Of a DNA stretch of 64,000 nucleotides, positions 38,901 through 48,135 are shown in pieces. The translations under genes were made by a program, and so were the position numbers. Location of the stretch: positions 8,198-72,197 of the forward strand of contig JAGLQO010000005.1 of the NCBI GenBank assembly GCA_023136775.1. The letters are read 5' to 3'. Position 1 is the stretch's first letter; every line of letters starts with the position of its first letter. The notes under the pieces are model-generated. The model ran no database searches, was not told the origin of the DNA, and saw only the letters and a list, made by a program, of their open reading frames with translations. The DNA is from Candidatus Pacearchaeota archaeon. GTDB lineage: Archaea; Nanobdellota; Nanobdellia; Pacearchaeales; GW2011-AR1.

Positions 38901-39737
38901 GATATAACTCAAAAAAACATTTCCATCTCTACACACGAGCCAGCCACATGTAGATGGAGCTTAGATGATATTACTTATGATGATATGGAAAATAATATGA
39001 GTTGTATTTCGGATATAGCTATAAAGTTTCCAAATACAAATGTTCCAATTCCATATACATGCAAAGCAACTCTCCCAACTCCATTAGCAGAGAACAATTA
39101 TTACATTAATTGCAAAGATCAACCGTGGTTGGAAATATCAAATCCAGACAAGAGAAATTCTAAATTAAGAAATGAACTATATACACTAAAAAGACCAAAT
39201 GAAAAAATAAAAATAAATTATATTAATCCAGAAAATGATATTGAAACGGGAACTCCAAAAAAAGTGTTAGATTTAGAAATAAAAACTTCCTCAGGGGGAT
39301 TAAATCATAAATGTTATTATTCTTTCTTAGATTTTGAAATAATGTATGAAATAATTGATATATCAAGTAATATACATACGGTTCCATTTAATCTTATTCC
39401 AGGCAAAAAGACAATTTATGTAGAATGTCGCGATGAAACAGGAGACACAGTTCAGAGCTCGACAAGTTTTGAAATAATATATGATAATAAAATTCCATTA
39501 ATTGCAAGGGTCTGGCAAGATGCAGGACAACTTCACATTACAACAAATGAAGATTCAGAATGTAAATATTCAACAGAAACCTGTGCATTTGATTGGGAAG
39601 AAGGGAAATTGATGAATGGGAATATTGAACACATAACTTCGGTAACTAAAGGAGAAACTTATTATGTTAAATGTGCGGATGATTTTGACAATGGTAAATC
39701 AAGCAACACATGTTCGATACAAGTGATGGCAGTTTAA
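35985..39737 (+). CDS. Giant secreted Cys-rich protein B1 with internal Gly/Ala hydrophobic region and C-terminal beta repeats
   Basis: N-terminal hydrophobic helix; GCC repeats; GESWC; hydrophobic block at about 37887-38240; TAATG coupling to A1. Confidence 0.8.
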   Translation: MGENKNKKIIASFELTLIIMSMFAFSYMISDYNELSIITPKEISLLEKIKIISHIGLNKLKSPIIPVVSALEQDGCCELTIKGEECKSSVVASDCTVPIIEGRVCSDDDVQVCVRGCCYEESTGRYIPDSLQSSCVDWIPNPSCSIPEARLGCCVTGESVIPDITEAACQIESENRGYDSVDWNLGMDAASCTWIAGATDKGACVFPSGICSFGARSECSPENEFRKDYLCTAPILETSCKMTGETTCVEGRDEVYFIDDCGNLANVYDSSKIDDVAYWTTVQDPTCGVNSQDGNANSKDCGNCNLNTGGSCASALQDDFKADSGDNYCRSTGCYFDVTGEGEEFLMTGESWCMYDGKIGDGKDIPGSSHWRYECDQGEIISIRCGDQYRNSICIGGSEAEIDGVNTGFRVATCAPNNWVQCLNVNTEENMENGIVEEECNKLLNCRTEKLSISEKYFEFDICVPEYPAGFNTKTQIQEVNKNLCGIASMTCVIPRDPEFWDGCGWSKDEDDIKINKGCTSEEFTKQMNDFCIGLGDCGANVNIVGVRSDSYDVRYTLSDMSDGVISRSKLKSNTEKLSTNYLQNIMSMNIPTIPHQIAKDEDYTKMLESLGMIEIQTEGIPDERQGDDFYDFSMWGSAGIATAIYGGVALFGLEAGVSFSATKILSGLGQLTGGAAWLGPVMGAFAGVAAGLYVSEALGASGVSTVIITGGLAAAGALAGVAMTSLAFPGIGWAIAGSIALAALGASIAKFIEDDCEPIEVKFECKPWRQPQGGENCDQCNNDPLRPCNKYRCHSLGAACELENVGTVDESCIASPDDGAPLFITTGATSDNAIYSDFDDTLGSSWASASIPSGGCFNAYETIVLGINISKIAYCRYATTESDFEDMEDFGSNTYLKQQYLTLHVPDPSRGISQGIDWSEDIDLFIKCEGAYENIENIGFYKIDLCINQGEDIGAPIIEAKSPEDDSLVGFDITQKNISISTHEPATCRWSLDDITYDDMENNMSCISDIAIKFPNTNVPIPYTCKATLPTPLAENNYYINCKDQPWLEISNPDKRNSKLRNELYTLKRPNEKIKINYINPENDIETGTPKKVLDLEIKTSSGGLNHKCYYSFLDFEIMYEIIDISSNIHTVPFNLIPGKKTIYVECRDETGDTVQSSTSFEIIYDNKIPLIARVWQDAGQLHITTNEDSECKYSTETCAFDWEEGKLMNGNIEHITSVTKGETYYVKCADDFDNGKSSNTCSIQVMAV

Positions 39738-39779
39738 TAATACAACAGAATTTATAAAGATAAGATGGCTATAAAAAAT

Positions 39780-40523
39780 ATGAGAGAGGGGAAAAGGGGA
39801 CAAGTTACAATATTTATTATATTAGCAATAATAATAGTAGCGAGCGTTCTAACATTTTTCCTTTACGCAAAACCAACTTTTCTTTCCAAAGAAGGGACAA
39901 GGATAGGTTTTGATGGTTGTGTTCAAGATTCATTAGAACTAGCAATTTACGAATTAGAAAAAAATGGTGGATTTGTAGAGCCAGAATTTTCTTATACGCA
40001 CGAAGGAGAGGAAATATCTTATCTTTGTTATACAAATGAATATTATAAAACATGTACAGTCCAAGTTCCATTCTTATCAAGTCAAATTGACAACCAATTA
40101 GAAATAATAATGAGAGATAAAGTCGACAAATGTTATTCTGATTCAATAGAGGAATTAAAATCTCAAGGTTACGAAGTGACTGCAGGACGAGTTGATTACG
40201 ATGTGCTTTTAGAAACAGGAATTGTAAGAATGGAAATAAAAGCACCAACAGTTGTGGGTTCACAATCTTTCACAAAGTTTGATGTTAAATTAACTAGTCC
40301 AGTATATGACATGGCAATGATGGCAACTTCTCTTTTACAATTCGAAGCAACTTTTGGCGATACTGATTTAAATACAATGTCACAATATTATCCAGAGTAT
40401 AAGATTACAAAAATGAAAATGGGAGATGGAACAACTATTTATTCAATAGAAAGCAAAATTTTTGGCGACAAATTACAGTTTGCTAGTCGAAGCCTAGTTT
40501 TCCCAGCGGGGTATGATTTATAA
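39780..40523 (+). CDS. Class III signal peptide (pilin-like) protein A2
   Basis: MREGKRG/QVTIFIILAIIIV; shares CV.D, GG..EP, YLC...YKTC, GY.V, YP and FA....PAG with A1. Confidence 0.8.
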   Translation: MREGKRGQVTIFIILAIIIVASVLTFFLYAKPTFLSKEGTRIGFDGCVQDSLELAIYELEKNGGFVEPEFSYTHEGEEISYLCYTNEYYKTCTVQVPFLSSQIDNQLEIIMRDKVDKCYSDSIEELKSQGYEVTAGRVDYDVLLETGIVRMEIKAPTVVGSQSFTKFDVKLTSPVYDMAMMATSLLQFEATFGDTDLNTMSQYYPEYKITKMKMGDGTTIYSIESKIFGDKLQFASRSLVFPAGYDL

Positions 40524-40524
40524 A

Positions 40525-40902
40525 ATGGATAAAGAAAAAACAAATACTAGCTTTATAGAGTGGATGGAAAAAGCAAAACAAGATTTAGACGTATCTAGGG
40601 ATAGTTTGAAATCCAATAATTTAGGTTGGGCAACTTTTCAAATACAACAATCAGCCGAAAAAGCACTTAAGTCGGTTTTAATAAAAAGAGAAAGTAGGTT
40701 GGTTAAAAATCATGATTTGGTTTATTTAGGAAACATGTTAAATTTACCTAAAAATTATCTAGATCATTGTAAAGAAATTAGTCAATTTTATGTGGTAAAT
40801 CGCTATCCAGACATTCCAGAAATAAATTTAACAAAAGAAAGAGTGGAAGAATATCTTTCTTGGGCTAAGGAGGTGCTAGAATGGTGCGAGAAACAGATTT
40901 GA
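40525..40902 (+). CDS. HEPN-domain protein
   Basis: W..KA..DL, QQSAEKALK, HDL, RYP. Confidence 0.92.
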   Translation: MDKEKTNTSFIEWMEKAKQDLDVSRDSLKSNNLGWATFQIQQSAEKALKSVLIKRESRLVKNHDLVYLGNMLNLPKNYLDHCKEISQFYVVNRYPDIPEINLTKERVEEYLSWAKEVLEWCEKQI

Positions 40903-41198
40903 AGGTAGTCGAAAAATTCAAAGAAAAACTAACAAAAAGATTCCAAAATTCTAAAGTAATTTTATTCGGTTCCAGAGCAACGGGAAATTCCACAGAACAA
41001 AGTGATTTTGATTTAATTGTAGTAAGTGAAGCGTTTGAGGATAAAGATATAATAAAAAGAGGTTCTCTCATGTATGATGATTGGGATTATAATTTTGCAG
41101 TAGATTTTATTTGTTATACTCCCGAGGAATTTAAAGAAAAGGAATCCCGAGTGAGCATAGTTAGTGAAGCATTAAAAACAGGAGTAGTTATAAAATGA
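40881..41198 (+). CDS. Minimal nucleotidyltransferase (MNT)
   Basis: LFGSRATG...SDFDLIVVS, YTPEEF. Confidence 0.92.
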   Translation: MVRETDLKVVEKFKEKLTKRFQNSKVILFGSRATGNSTEQSDFDLIVVSEAFEDKDIIKRGSLMYDDWDYNFAVDFICYTPEEFKEKESRVSIVSEALKTGVVIK

Positions 41199-44100
41199 GA
41201 TTCAATAAAAAAGGTTCAGCAGTATTACAGTTAACTTTAATGTTATTTTCAATGTTTGCGTTTGCATTCATTATGTCAGATAAGGCAATTGTAACTGCGA
41301 TAACTTCAGAGGCTAGTTATTGTTGTGAAAGAACAAGAGATGGTGCTTCTTGTCAAAATGCTCCAGAATCTGAATGTTCTCCAAGTGCCAAAGCCGCCCC
41401 AACTTCTTGTGAGTCAACCTCATATTGTAAAACAGGGACTTGTTATAATTCCAAAGAAGGACTTTGTATGTCAAATACTCCTCAGGTAACTTGCGAAGCA
41501 GATGGTGACAATACTTGGGATGCTAGACCAATGAATCAAGTTCCACAATGTCAACTAGGATGTTGCATAATTGCAGATCAAGCAGCATTTGTAACATTAA
41601 CAAAATGTAAAAAAATGTCTACAGAATTTGGAGTTGCAAATAATTATAGAAGCGATATTGCCGACGAGTTAAGCTGTATAGCAATGGCTCAATCTCAAGA
41701 TATGGGAGCTTGTGTCTACGAAAGAGATTATGAAAGAGTTTGTGATTTTACGACAAGAAATGAGTGTGGAGCAGCAGACGGAATAGAAACAAGTGAAGGT
41801 GCAGAAATAATTACTTCATCAGAAAAAAAATTCTATAAAGATTTCTTATGTTCAAATGATGATTTAGCGACCACGTGTGCAAGACAGGCAACAACTGAAT
41901 GTTATCAAGGTGATGTTTATTGGGTTGACTCTTGTGGGAATAAAGAAAATGTTTATGCGGGAGACAGTGATGCTGAAAAAGCAGACAGTTGGGCAAATGG
42001 TAAAGTTGCGAGTCCAAGTGTAAATGCAGAAGGTGATTGTAATTATTTAGCGGGAACTCGTTGTGCAGCAAAAGAAGGAATTTTTAATTCGGGGGTAGAA
42101 CACGAATGTAGATTAACAGTATGTAGAGATAGGGATGATAATCCAAGAAAAAATGGTGAATCATGGTGTGTTAGTCCAGGATTAGAGGGGGTTAATGAAT
42201 ATGATTACGATTATAAAAATCCAGGTGAATCCGATTACACAGGTTCAAGTGCAGATAAGGTAGGCTCAAGATATTTTAGAGAAATTTGTATAGATGGAGA
42301 AGTTGTTGTAGAACCATGTTCAGATTATAGAAATGAAATTTGTATACAAGATGAAATTATAACTCAAGATGTTTCGGAAGGTTTTGGAACAGCAGCATGT
42401 AGAGTGAACAGATGGCAAGATTGTGCAGCTCAAGTATGGCAAGATGATTGTGAAAGTGGAGCAAGAGATTGTCAATGGAGAATCCCAGTTAAGGGAATGA
42501 ATGTAGAAGAAAGTGTTCTTGGAAATTATGGAGTTTGTGTCCCAAATTTCCCACCAGGATTAAAATTTTGGGAAGACAGTAGTTCTGAAGAAGTTTGCAA
42601 GCAAGGGAATGTAGAATGTACTGTTGAGTTTGAAAGAGGTATCTTTGATAAAATTGGAGATTGGAAAGGAGGAGAAGGAGCTGGATTTGAAGCTAAGACT
42701 AATGAGGAATGTTTGGAAGAAGATTGGGCATTATCAGCAAATGGAATTTGTGCATCACTCGGTGACTGTGGAGGTTATGTAAATTATAACGAAGATTTAG
42801 GAGCAGGTGGATACAGATGGGTTTCAGCAACAAACGAAGATGGTCCATGGGAATCAGAAGTATTAAAATTTACATCATTAAAAAGTGAAATAAGATCATA
42901 TGTAACAGCGAACGTAGCGACATTAATAACAGGAAGAGCAATCGCAGGACTTGGAACTATAACTGGAATGGTAAGTCTGGGAGAGGCTTACGAACGAGAA
43001 TTATTAACTGCCTCAACATTTATTTATGGAGATCCAGATAGAGAAACATATACAATAGATAATCAAGGCACAGTTAGAAATACAAAAGGAACAAAATTTT
43101 ATCAAAATTCTGCAAATGAATGGGGCTATGGTCCAGCTGATAATTTCATTATATTGGATAAAAATAATCAGAATAAATTTACTCAGGATTATTTTAATAC
43201 TGCACATGCAAAATGGACTGTAGCAAAAAAGAATGTTGATAGTATACCTAAAACAGCACCAGGAACTATTCCAATGGGTGATGGAACAGGTACTGGAACA
43301 AGTGCCATACCAGTTTTGACTGACGCAGCAATGTTAGAACTAGCTAAATATGAATGTAATGTAGATGAATCAAGGGTTTGGAATAAAGCTACTAATACAT
43401 GTGATAGTATTTATAACCCAGAATATTGCAAAGGGATTAATAAGATTTATGTAGAGGGTGGATGTATAGACCCCATGCGATGTGCAGAATGTACATCCCA
43501 AGAATGTAATCCTGCCACAGGTAATTGTGATCTAAAAGATAGTGGAAAAGAATGTGGTTATCTAGATGGAATTGGAGATAATATTGTTACAGCAAAATAT
43601 ACATATTGTACAGATGAAACTAAAACTTGTCATGTAGATAAATGTATTCCAAAAGATGAAGCAAAAAAAATAACGAATGAAACTATAACAGGTCTTCTGG
43701 GGTTTGGAAAAGCTCTAATAATAGGCGGAGGAGCAGCATGGGCATCTTATCAGGGAGCTGCAATGTTTGGAGGAATATTGGGATTTGATGAAGGTGAAAC
43801 AAAAACCTTGCAAGAGTCAGCGGCTATAGCAGCTGGAATATATGCATTCACTACAAAATGGAGTGCAACTTCTAAAACTAAATGGGCATCACCATGGACT
43901 GCAGGAGCAATAGCTGTAGCTTATTTTGCATTGACATATAGAGACACAGAAAGTATAACAGTAGAATTTCAATGTTTACCTTGGGAAGCACCAGATGGAA
44001 CTGATTATGATTGTGAAGTATGTAATGACGACACCCTCCCATGTTCAGAATATAGGTGTAGAAGTTTGGGACTTAATTGCGAGATAGTAAACAAAGGAAC

Positions 44101-45502
44101 TACGGAAGAAAAATGTGTAAATGTAAATCCAAACGATGTGAATCAACCAATAGTAATACCAAGTTATAGTGCATTGGCAGATGATTATTCATATTCAAAT
44201 GTAGTAACGTCACCTCCAAGTCCAGGATTTACAATAACTAACGATGCTAGTGATAATGGATGCATTCCAGCATTTACTCCAGTACAATTTGGGATATATA
44301 CAACAGATGGAGAGGATGGACGAGGAGAACCAGCCCAATGTAAAATAGATTTCGAACATACAACAAGTTATGAAGAAATGAGATCTTATATGGGTTCAAG
44401 TAATCTTTACAAATATAATCACTCAGAATATATCACCCTACCTACAGCAAGAGAGATTGAAAATTCATCACTAAGTATAGAAAATGGAAAAGATCTAACA
44501 TTCTTCATAAGATGTAAAGATAAAACAGGAAACATAAATGAGGCAGAATATTCAGTTAACTTCTGCGTAGATCCAACGCCAGATACGACAGCTCCAAAAA
44601 TAATTGCGACCTCAATTAAAGATGGATCATGTGTCGGAGAAGGTCAAAAGACAGCTCCTGTAAAATTCTATACAGACGAACCATCTTATTGTAAATGGAG
44701 TAATCAAGATCAAGATTATGATAGTATGGCAAATGAGATGGTTTGTTCTAGAAGGGCTGATAATAATTTACTATATCCTTGCAGTGCAGAACTCTCAGGG
44801 ATACCAATGGACGGAGCTGATTTCTACATAAGATGTGAAGATGATGGAGAAACGCATAACAATCCAAGAGGAAGCGAATTTAACAACAAGATGAAAGAAA
44901 GCCTTAAGTTTTCTTTGAGAGGAAGCACTGGACTTCTAATGAGAAATTTGCAACCTAATGGAAGTGAGATAATTTACGGAGCAATAAGCCCAATGCCAGT
45001 AGAACTCTATGCAGAAACATCAATGGGTTGTGACAACGGTTTAGCAACTTGTGCATATTCAGATGAATATTCTGAAACGGGCTCAGGATATATTGATTTC
45101 TTTGATACAAATAATGAAGACGGAATTCATACACAATTATTGAATCTAGAAGAAGATACTCACGAGTATTTCATTCGATGCATCGATGCTGGGGGAAATA
45201 TTATAGAAGATAGTATAGAATTCAAATTAGATATTGACGAAGACGCCCCAATTGTTGCAAGAGTATACGAAGAAGCGGGAATGTTAAAGATAGTAACAGT
45301 GCGAGATAGTGAATGTTCTTATAGTTTCGAAAGTTGTGCTTTCGAGTTTGATGAAGGAACGGTGATGCCATATCCAAATTCAACAATCCACGTAGCAGAA
45401 TGGAGTCCAGATAAAACATTCTTTATAAAATGTAGGGACGAATTTAGAAACGTAGAAGATGGCTGTTCTATAACAGTTCGTCCAACGAAAGATTTCCTTT
45501 GA
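41195..45502 (+). CDS. Giant secreted Cys-rich protein B2 (paralog of B1) with possible class III signal
   Basis: MRFNKKG/SAVLQLTLMLFSMFAF; LGCC, GESWC, LGDCG, F.C.PW..P.G...C..CN.D...C..YRC.SLG..CE and P..ARV shared with B1. Confidence 0.8.
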   Translation: MRFNKKGSAVLQLTLMLFSMFAFAFIMSDKAIVTAITSEASYCCERTRDGASCQNAPESECSPSAKAAPTSCESTSYCKTGTCYNSKEGLCMSNTPQVTCEADGDNTWDARPMNQVPQCQLGCCIIADQAAFVTLTKCKKMSTEFGVANNYRSDIADELSCIAMAQSQDMGACVYERDYERVCDFTTRNECGAADGIETSEGAEIITSSEKKFYKDFLCSNDDLATTCARQATTECYQGDVYWVDSCGNKENVYAGDSDAEKADSWANGKVASPSVNAEGDCNYLAGTRCAAKEGIFNSGVEHECRLTVCRDRDDNPRKNGESWCVSPGLEGVNEYDYDYKNPGESDYTGSSADKVGSRYFREICIDGEVVVEPCSDYRNEICIQDEIITQDVSEGFGTAACRVNRWQDCAAQVWQDDCESGARDCQWRIPVKGMNVEESVLGNYGVCVPNFPPGLKFWEDSSSEEVCKQGNVECTVEFERGIFDKIGDWKGGEGAGFEAKTNEECLEEDWALSANGICASLGDCGGYVNYNEDLGAGGYRWVSATNEDGPWESEVLKFTSLKSEIRSYVTANVATLITGRAIAGLGTITGMVSLGEAYERELLTASTFIYGDPDRETYTIDNQGTVRNTKGTKFYQNSANEWGYGPADNFIILDKNNQNKFTQDYFNTAHAKWTVAKKNVDSIPKTAPGTIPMGDGTGTGTSAIPVLTDAAMLELAKYECNVDESRVWNKATNTCDSIYNPEYCKGINKIYVEGGCIDPMRCAECTSQECNPATGNCDLKDSGKECGYLDGIGDNIVTAKYTYCTDETKTCHVDKCIPKDEAKKITNETITGLLGFGKALIIGGGAAWASYQGAAMFGGILGFDEGETKTLQESAAIAAGIYAFTTKWSATSKTKWASPWTAGAIAVAYFALTYRDTESITVEFQCLPWEAPDGTDYDCEVCNDDTLPCSEYRCRSLGLNCEIVNKGTTEEKCVNVNPNDVNQPIVIPSYSALADDYSYSNVVTSPPSPGFTITNDASDNGCIPAFTPVQFGIYTTDGEDGRGEPAQCKIDFEHTTSYEEMRSYMGSSNLYKYNHSEYITLPTAREIENSSLSIENGKDLTFFIRCKDKTGNINEAEYSVNFCVDPTPDTTAPKIIATSIKDGSCVGEGQKTAPVKFYTDEPSYCKWSNQDQDYDSMANEMVCSRRADNNLLYPCSAELSGIPMDGADFYIRCEDDGETHNNPRGSEFNNKMKESLKFSLRGSTGLLMRNLQPNGSEIIYGAISPMPVELYAETSMGCDNGLATCAYSDEYSETGSGYIDFFDTNNEDGIHTQLLNLEEDTHEYFIRCIDAGGNIIEDSIEFKLDIDEDAPIVARVYEEAGMLKIVTVRDSECSYSFESCAFEFDEGTVMPYPNSTIHVAEWSPDKTFFIKCRDEFRNVEDGCSITVRPTKDFL

Positions 45503-45506
45503 TAAA

Positions 45507-45797
45507 ATGAATAAGAAAATGATAATCAATGAAATTGAAAAAAGACGTGAAAAACTAAAAGATAAAGGTGTTAAAAAAATTGGATTATTCGGATCATATT
45601 TGAAAGGAACGCAGAAAAAAGGAAGTGATATAGATTTTTTAGTTACTTTTGAAAAAGAAAATTTAGGGAAGAATTATTTTAAAGTCTTGTTTTATTTAGA
45701 AAATCTATTTAAGAGGAAAATTGATTTAGTTGCAGTTCAGTCATTAAGACCAGAATTAAATTATGTAAAAAAGGAAGCTGTATATGCCAAAATATGA
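45507..45797 (+). CDS. Minimal nucleotidyltransferase (MntA)
   Basis: GVKKIGLFGSY..G.Q...SDIDFLV, RKIDLV. Confidence 0.93.
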   Translation: MNKKMIINEIEKRREKLKDKGVKKIGLFGSYLKGTQKKGSDIDFLVTFEKENLGKNYFKVLFYLENLFKRKIDLVAVQSLRPELNYVKKEAVYAKI

Positions 45798-46104
45798 TTT
45801 AAATTTAAATTTAATCAAGGAAATGATTGAAAGAATTGAAGTAGATTTAAATAAATCTCTAGAAGATAAAACTGTTTGGGATGCCACTCTTATGAGGTTT
45901 CAAGTTATGGGAGAAAATATTGACAAACTACCAAGAGAAGTTCTTAAAAAACATAATGAAATAAATTGGAGAAAATATTACGCTTTTAGAAATTCAATAA
46001 GTCACACTTATAATGATATTCTAATAGAAGTTATTGCCGATTTAATTAGCGAATTACCAGTTTTAAAAAGAGCAATTGTAAAAATTAAGAGAGAGATAAA
46101 ATGA
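45784..46104 (+). CDS. HepT-like ribonuclease toxin (DUF86)
   Basis: QVMGE, INW, RNSISHTY (Rx4H). Confidence 0.92.
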   Translation: MPKYDLNLNLIKEMIERIEVDLNKSLEDKTVWDATLMRFQVMGENIDKLPREVLKKHNEINWRKYYAFRNSISHTYNDILIEVIADLISELPVLKRAIVKIKREIK

Positions 46105-46128
46105 AATATAAAAAAGCACAGCAAACAA
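46096..46128 (+). repeat. 33-bp copy of the 5' end of the pilin gene at 46833
   Basis: ATAAAATGAAATATAAAAAAGCACA(G/A)CAAACAA matches 46828-46860 with 1 mismatch. Confidence 0.9.
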
Positions 46129-46162
46129 GAGGTTTAATAATAATTAAGACGGAGTATATACT

Positions 46163-46540
46163 ATGAAAATAGAAATCTCAGATTGGATAAAGCAAGCACA
46201 AGTAGATTTAGGTACGGCAAGATATAATCTCCAAGGAAAAATTTATTACGCAAGTGCTTTTTTTTCACAACAATCGGTAGAAAAAGCTCTAAAAGCATAT
46301 TATATTCAGGAAAAAAATACTATAAAGAAAACTCATAGTGTGAGCTCTCTAGCTAAAGAACTTAAGCTTCCAAAAGAACTTTTATCTAAAATAATAGAAC
46401 TTGAAGAAATACATAGAACTGCAAGATATCCAGGCATAAGTCAAAAAATTCCCTCAGAAGAAATAGAGGAAGAAGATGCTATAAATTTTTGTAATATTGC
46501 ACAGGAGGTCTTAAAATGGATAGAAATCAAAGTGAAGTAA
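46163..46540 (+). CDS. HEPN-domain protein
   Basis: W..QA..DL..A, QQSVEKALKA, THS, ARYP. Confidence 0.92.
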   Translation: MKIEISDWIKQAQVDLGTARYNLQGKIYYASAFFSQQSVEKALKAYYIQEKNTIKKTHSVSSLAKELKLPKELLSKIIELEEIHRTARYPGISQKIPSEEIEEEDAINFCNIAQEVLKWIEIKVK

Positions 46541-46836
46541 TAAAGTTAATTAAAAACTTTAAAAATAAAATAAAAAATATTAAATTAGATAAAGTAATAT
46601 TATTTGGTTCATACTCAAAAGGGACACAAAAAAGAGGAAGCGATATTGATTTATTAGTTATTTCAAATGATTTTGAAAATATTAAATCATTCAAACGAGC
46701 AAACGATTTATATCTAAATTGGGATATAGACATAGACATAGATTTTATTTGCCTAACAAATGAAGAATTAAGAATTAAGAAAAATCAAATTGGCATAGTT
46801 AGTGAAGCACTAAAAACAGGAGTGGTTATAAAATGA
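46516..46836 (+). CDS. Minimal nucleotidyltransferase (MNT)
   Basis: LFGSYSKG....SDIDLLVIS; ends IVSEALKTGVVIK, as does 40881-41198. Confidence 0.92.
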   Translation: MDRNQSEVIKLIKNFKNKIKNIKLDKVILFGSYSKGTQKRGSDIDLLVISNDFENIKSFKRANDLYLNWDIDIDIDFICLTNEELRIKKNQIGIVSEALKTGVVIK

Positions 46837-47324
46837 AATATAAAAAAGCACAACAAACAATGAGTATGCCATTTGGTATGATATTCGCAATTTTTCTAAT
46901 TATAGTTTTTGTAGTTTTTGCATTTATGGCGGTCGGTGGATTTTTAGATATTGGGAAAAGTGCAGATGTTGGAATGTTCTATGACGAATTACAAGAAGAA
47001 GTAAATGACGCTATGCGTGGACAATCAAGTGAATCCACTTTTAGAATAAATTTACCAAAAAAGATTAAGCAAGTTTGTTTTGCTAATCTGTCAGCAACAA
47101 TTACAAACCCAGGTTCAGAGTACGATGCAATTAGAAATTATGAAGTTTATGAAGCCAATACATTTTTGCTTCCACCAGAATTTGCGTCAAATATGCAATG
47201 GAAAATGATTGACCATATTGATGTAGCAAAAATAACAGCTACAAAAAATCCCTATTGTGTAAATGTCAAAGACGACCTAAAAATAAAGAAGAGTTTTTAT
47301 GATAGAAAAGTTACAATAGCATAG
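46833..47324 (+). CDS. Class III signal peptide (pilin-like) protein
   Basis: MKYKKA/QQTMSMPFGMIFAIFLIIVFVVFAF; one Cys pair. Confidence 0.78.
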   Translation: MKYKKAQQTMSMPFGMIFAIFLIIVFVVFAFMAVGGFLDIGKSADVGMFYDELQEEVNDAMRGQSSESTFRINLPKKIKQVCFANLSATITNPGSEYDAIRNYEVYEANTFLLPPEFASNMQWKMIDHIDVAKITATKNPYCVNVKDDLKIKKSFYDRKVTIA

Positions 47325-47361
47325 GAGATTAATTTTTATAAATTAGGAAGGGAACAATTTT

Positions 47362-47502
47362 GCTCTCAGGACTTCTAGAGATTGTTTGGATTAAGACAGG
47401 GGCAGGAAATTGAGATATAAAAAGACAATTAACATGAATATTAGATATTATAATTAAGCATATTTGCATTGAATCTTCTAAATCTATTAAAGTCCTGAGA
47501 GC
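47362..47502. repeat. Family-B variant inverted pair
   Basis: GCTCTCAGGACTT ... AAGTCCTGAGAGC perfect 13-bp terminal inverted repeat; the left end recurs at 56397. Confidence 0.8.
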
Positions 47503-47556
47503 TGTTTGTCTTGAGGAATTAGTTAATTATTTAAATTCCAATTTATTAAATAATAT

Positions 47557-47757
47557 ATGGATTTTAATATAATAATTGAAAAAGGAGAAGATGGGTATTT
47601 ATTATCTGAAGTAATTGAGCTTCCTGGTTGTAGAACTCAAGCTAAAGATATGAATGAACTTCTTAAAAGAACAAAAGAGGTTATTACTCTTTATTTGCAA
47701 GTAGAGGAAATGTCAACAAGAAACAGTTTTTTAGGAGTACAAAAAATAGCAGTTTAA
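47557..47757 (+). CDS. hicB: HicB-like antitoxin (short)
   Basis: IIEKGEDGY..EVIELPGCRTQA....E. Confidence 0.9.
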   Translation: MDFNIIIEKGEDGYLLSEVIELPGCRTQAKDMNELLKRTKEVITLYLQVEEMSTRNSFLGVQKIAV

Positions 47758-47758
47758 T

Positions 47759-47986
47759 ATGCAAAAATTACCTCAGTTAACTGCCAATCAATTTATCAAA
47801 ATTTTATTTAAATTAGGTTTCAAAGCTATAAGGCAATCTGGAAGTCATGTATTCTTAAGGCATGAAGATGGTAGAACGACAGTAATCCCAAATCATCCTG
47901 GAGAGAAATTGGATAGGGGACTATTAAATAAAATATTAAAAAAGGATGTACAAATTTCTAGAGATGAACTTTTAGAATTAATTTAG
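47759..47986 (+). CDS. hicA: HicA toxin
   Basis: L.KLGF..IRQSGSHV..H.DGR.TVIP.H...L..GLL.KI. Confidence 0.95.
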   Translation: MQKLPQLTANQFIKILFKLGFKAIRQSGSHVFLRHEDGRTTVIPNHPGEKLDRGLLNKILKKDVQISRDELLELI

Positions 47987-48090
47987 ATATAGCAAAAATA
48001 ACAGCTACAAAAAATCCCTATTGTGTAAATGTTAAAGACGACCTAAAAATAAAGAAGGGTTTTCATAATAGAAAAGTTACAATAGAATAA
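47986..48090 (+). repeat. 105-bp copy of the 3' end of the pilin gene 46833-47324
   Basis: Colinear with 47220-47324, with about 7 substitutions. Confidence 0.93.
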
Positions 48091-48135
48091 TATAAGAAAT
48101 TTAACCGCTTCCTTTAAAAAAACTATTTACATTAT

